NCBI GenBank assembly: GCA_973895155.1 | Contig: OZ316894.1 | Coordinates: 14,007,580 to 14,071,579 of the forward strand | Direction: 5' to 3' | Length of the DNA stretch: 64,000 nt | Source of the DNA: Marsupella aquatica | Taxonomy: Eukaryota > Plantae > Marchantiophyta | The notes under the pieces: model-generated | Seen by the model: the letters and a program-made list of their open reading frames with translations, nothing else | Told to the model about the DNA's origin: nothing | Databases searched by the model: none | Translations under genes and position numbers: made by a program | Shown: positions 63,550-64,000 of the stretch, one piece after another | Layout of the letters: every line of letters starts with the position of its first letter | Numbering within the stretch: position 1 is the stretch's first letter

Positions 63550-63708
63550 GAGGGATTTGCTTGGTGGGACCCCAAATGAAAATGTTTTACTTGATAGGAC
63601 CCCTGAGTGATCCACACCGTTGATTTACCTTGAATAGACGGACCTAAACTTTCAAGGGTCCAATTAAGTAAAACATTTTCATTTGGGGTCCCACCAAGCA
63701 AATCTCTC
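63550..63708. repeat. ~160-bp hairpin/MITE with ~55-bp near-perfect inverted arms
   Basis: gatttgcttggtgggaccccaaatgaaaatgttttactt ... aagtaaaacattttcatttggggtcccaccaagcaaatc. Confidence 0.85.
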
Positions 63709-64000
63709 TTGTCCTACCATACTTGCTTGTACTTGAGAGGCAAAAGGGGAGATGGCCCACCTGAGCTTGTTGAGCGACAATGACCAGCCATATTACAAGA
63801 ATTGTAACAGTGTATGGTCAATTCTGTCCTGTGTATCTTTCATTTTGTCCTGGAGCCATCAATCAGATTTTGAGAAAACAGTGGATCCAATGGAAGGAGA
63901 GTCCAAATTTCAGTGATTTAAGTACATACTTGCATTGTCCAAGATAATGAGCTAACCCATATTCTACAGTGAGCTCAACTGGCCATCTTCTATCTAGGAA

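Overview
Eukaryotic land-plant genomic DNA; the gene models and repeat content suggest a non-seed plant such as a fern, but that is an inference. Three intact spliced host genes lie on the minus strand: a 2-exon SAMBA-like APC/C regulator (19617-19080) missed by the ORF track, a 5-exon farnesyltransferase/GGTase-I alpha subunit (18943-16580) starting only 136 nt after the SAMBA stop (candidate bicistronic unit), and a 10-exon phospholipase D delta (60075-54347). The rest is mostly transposons: a ~9.6 kb TIR-bound MULE/SWIM element with a second convergent gene, several MITE/foldback elements with 8-bp TSDs, and a three-level nest. In that nest, a decayed ParB-like/N6-N4 DNA-methyltransferase-like element is split by a full-length Copia (439-bp LTRs, TSD TAATT), which is split by a 16.6 kb CACTA (TSD ATG). 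The CACTA carries intronless cargo ORFs: an EDM2-type PHD-finger cluster, a tandem Pol-lambda-like BRCT protein, an F-box protein and another Cys/His finger. All homology calls are from recalled family motifs, not database searches.
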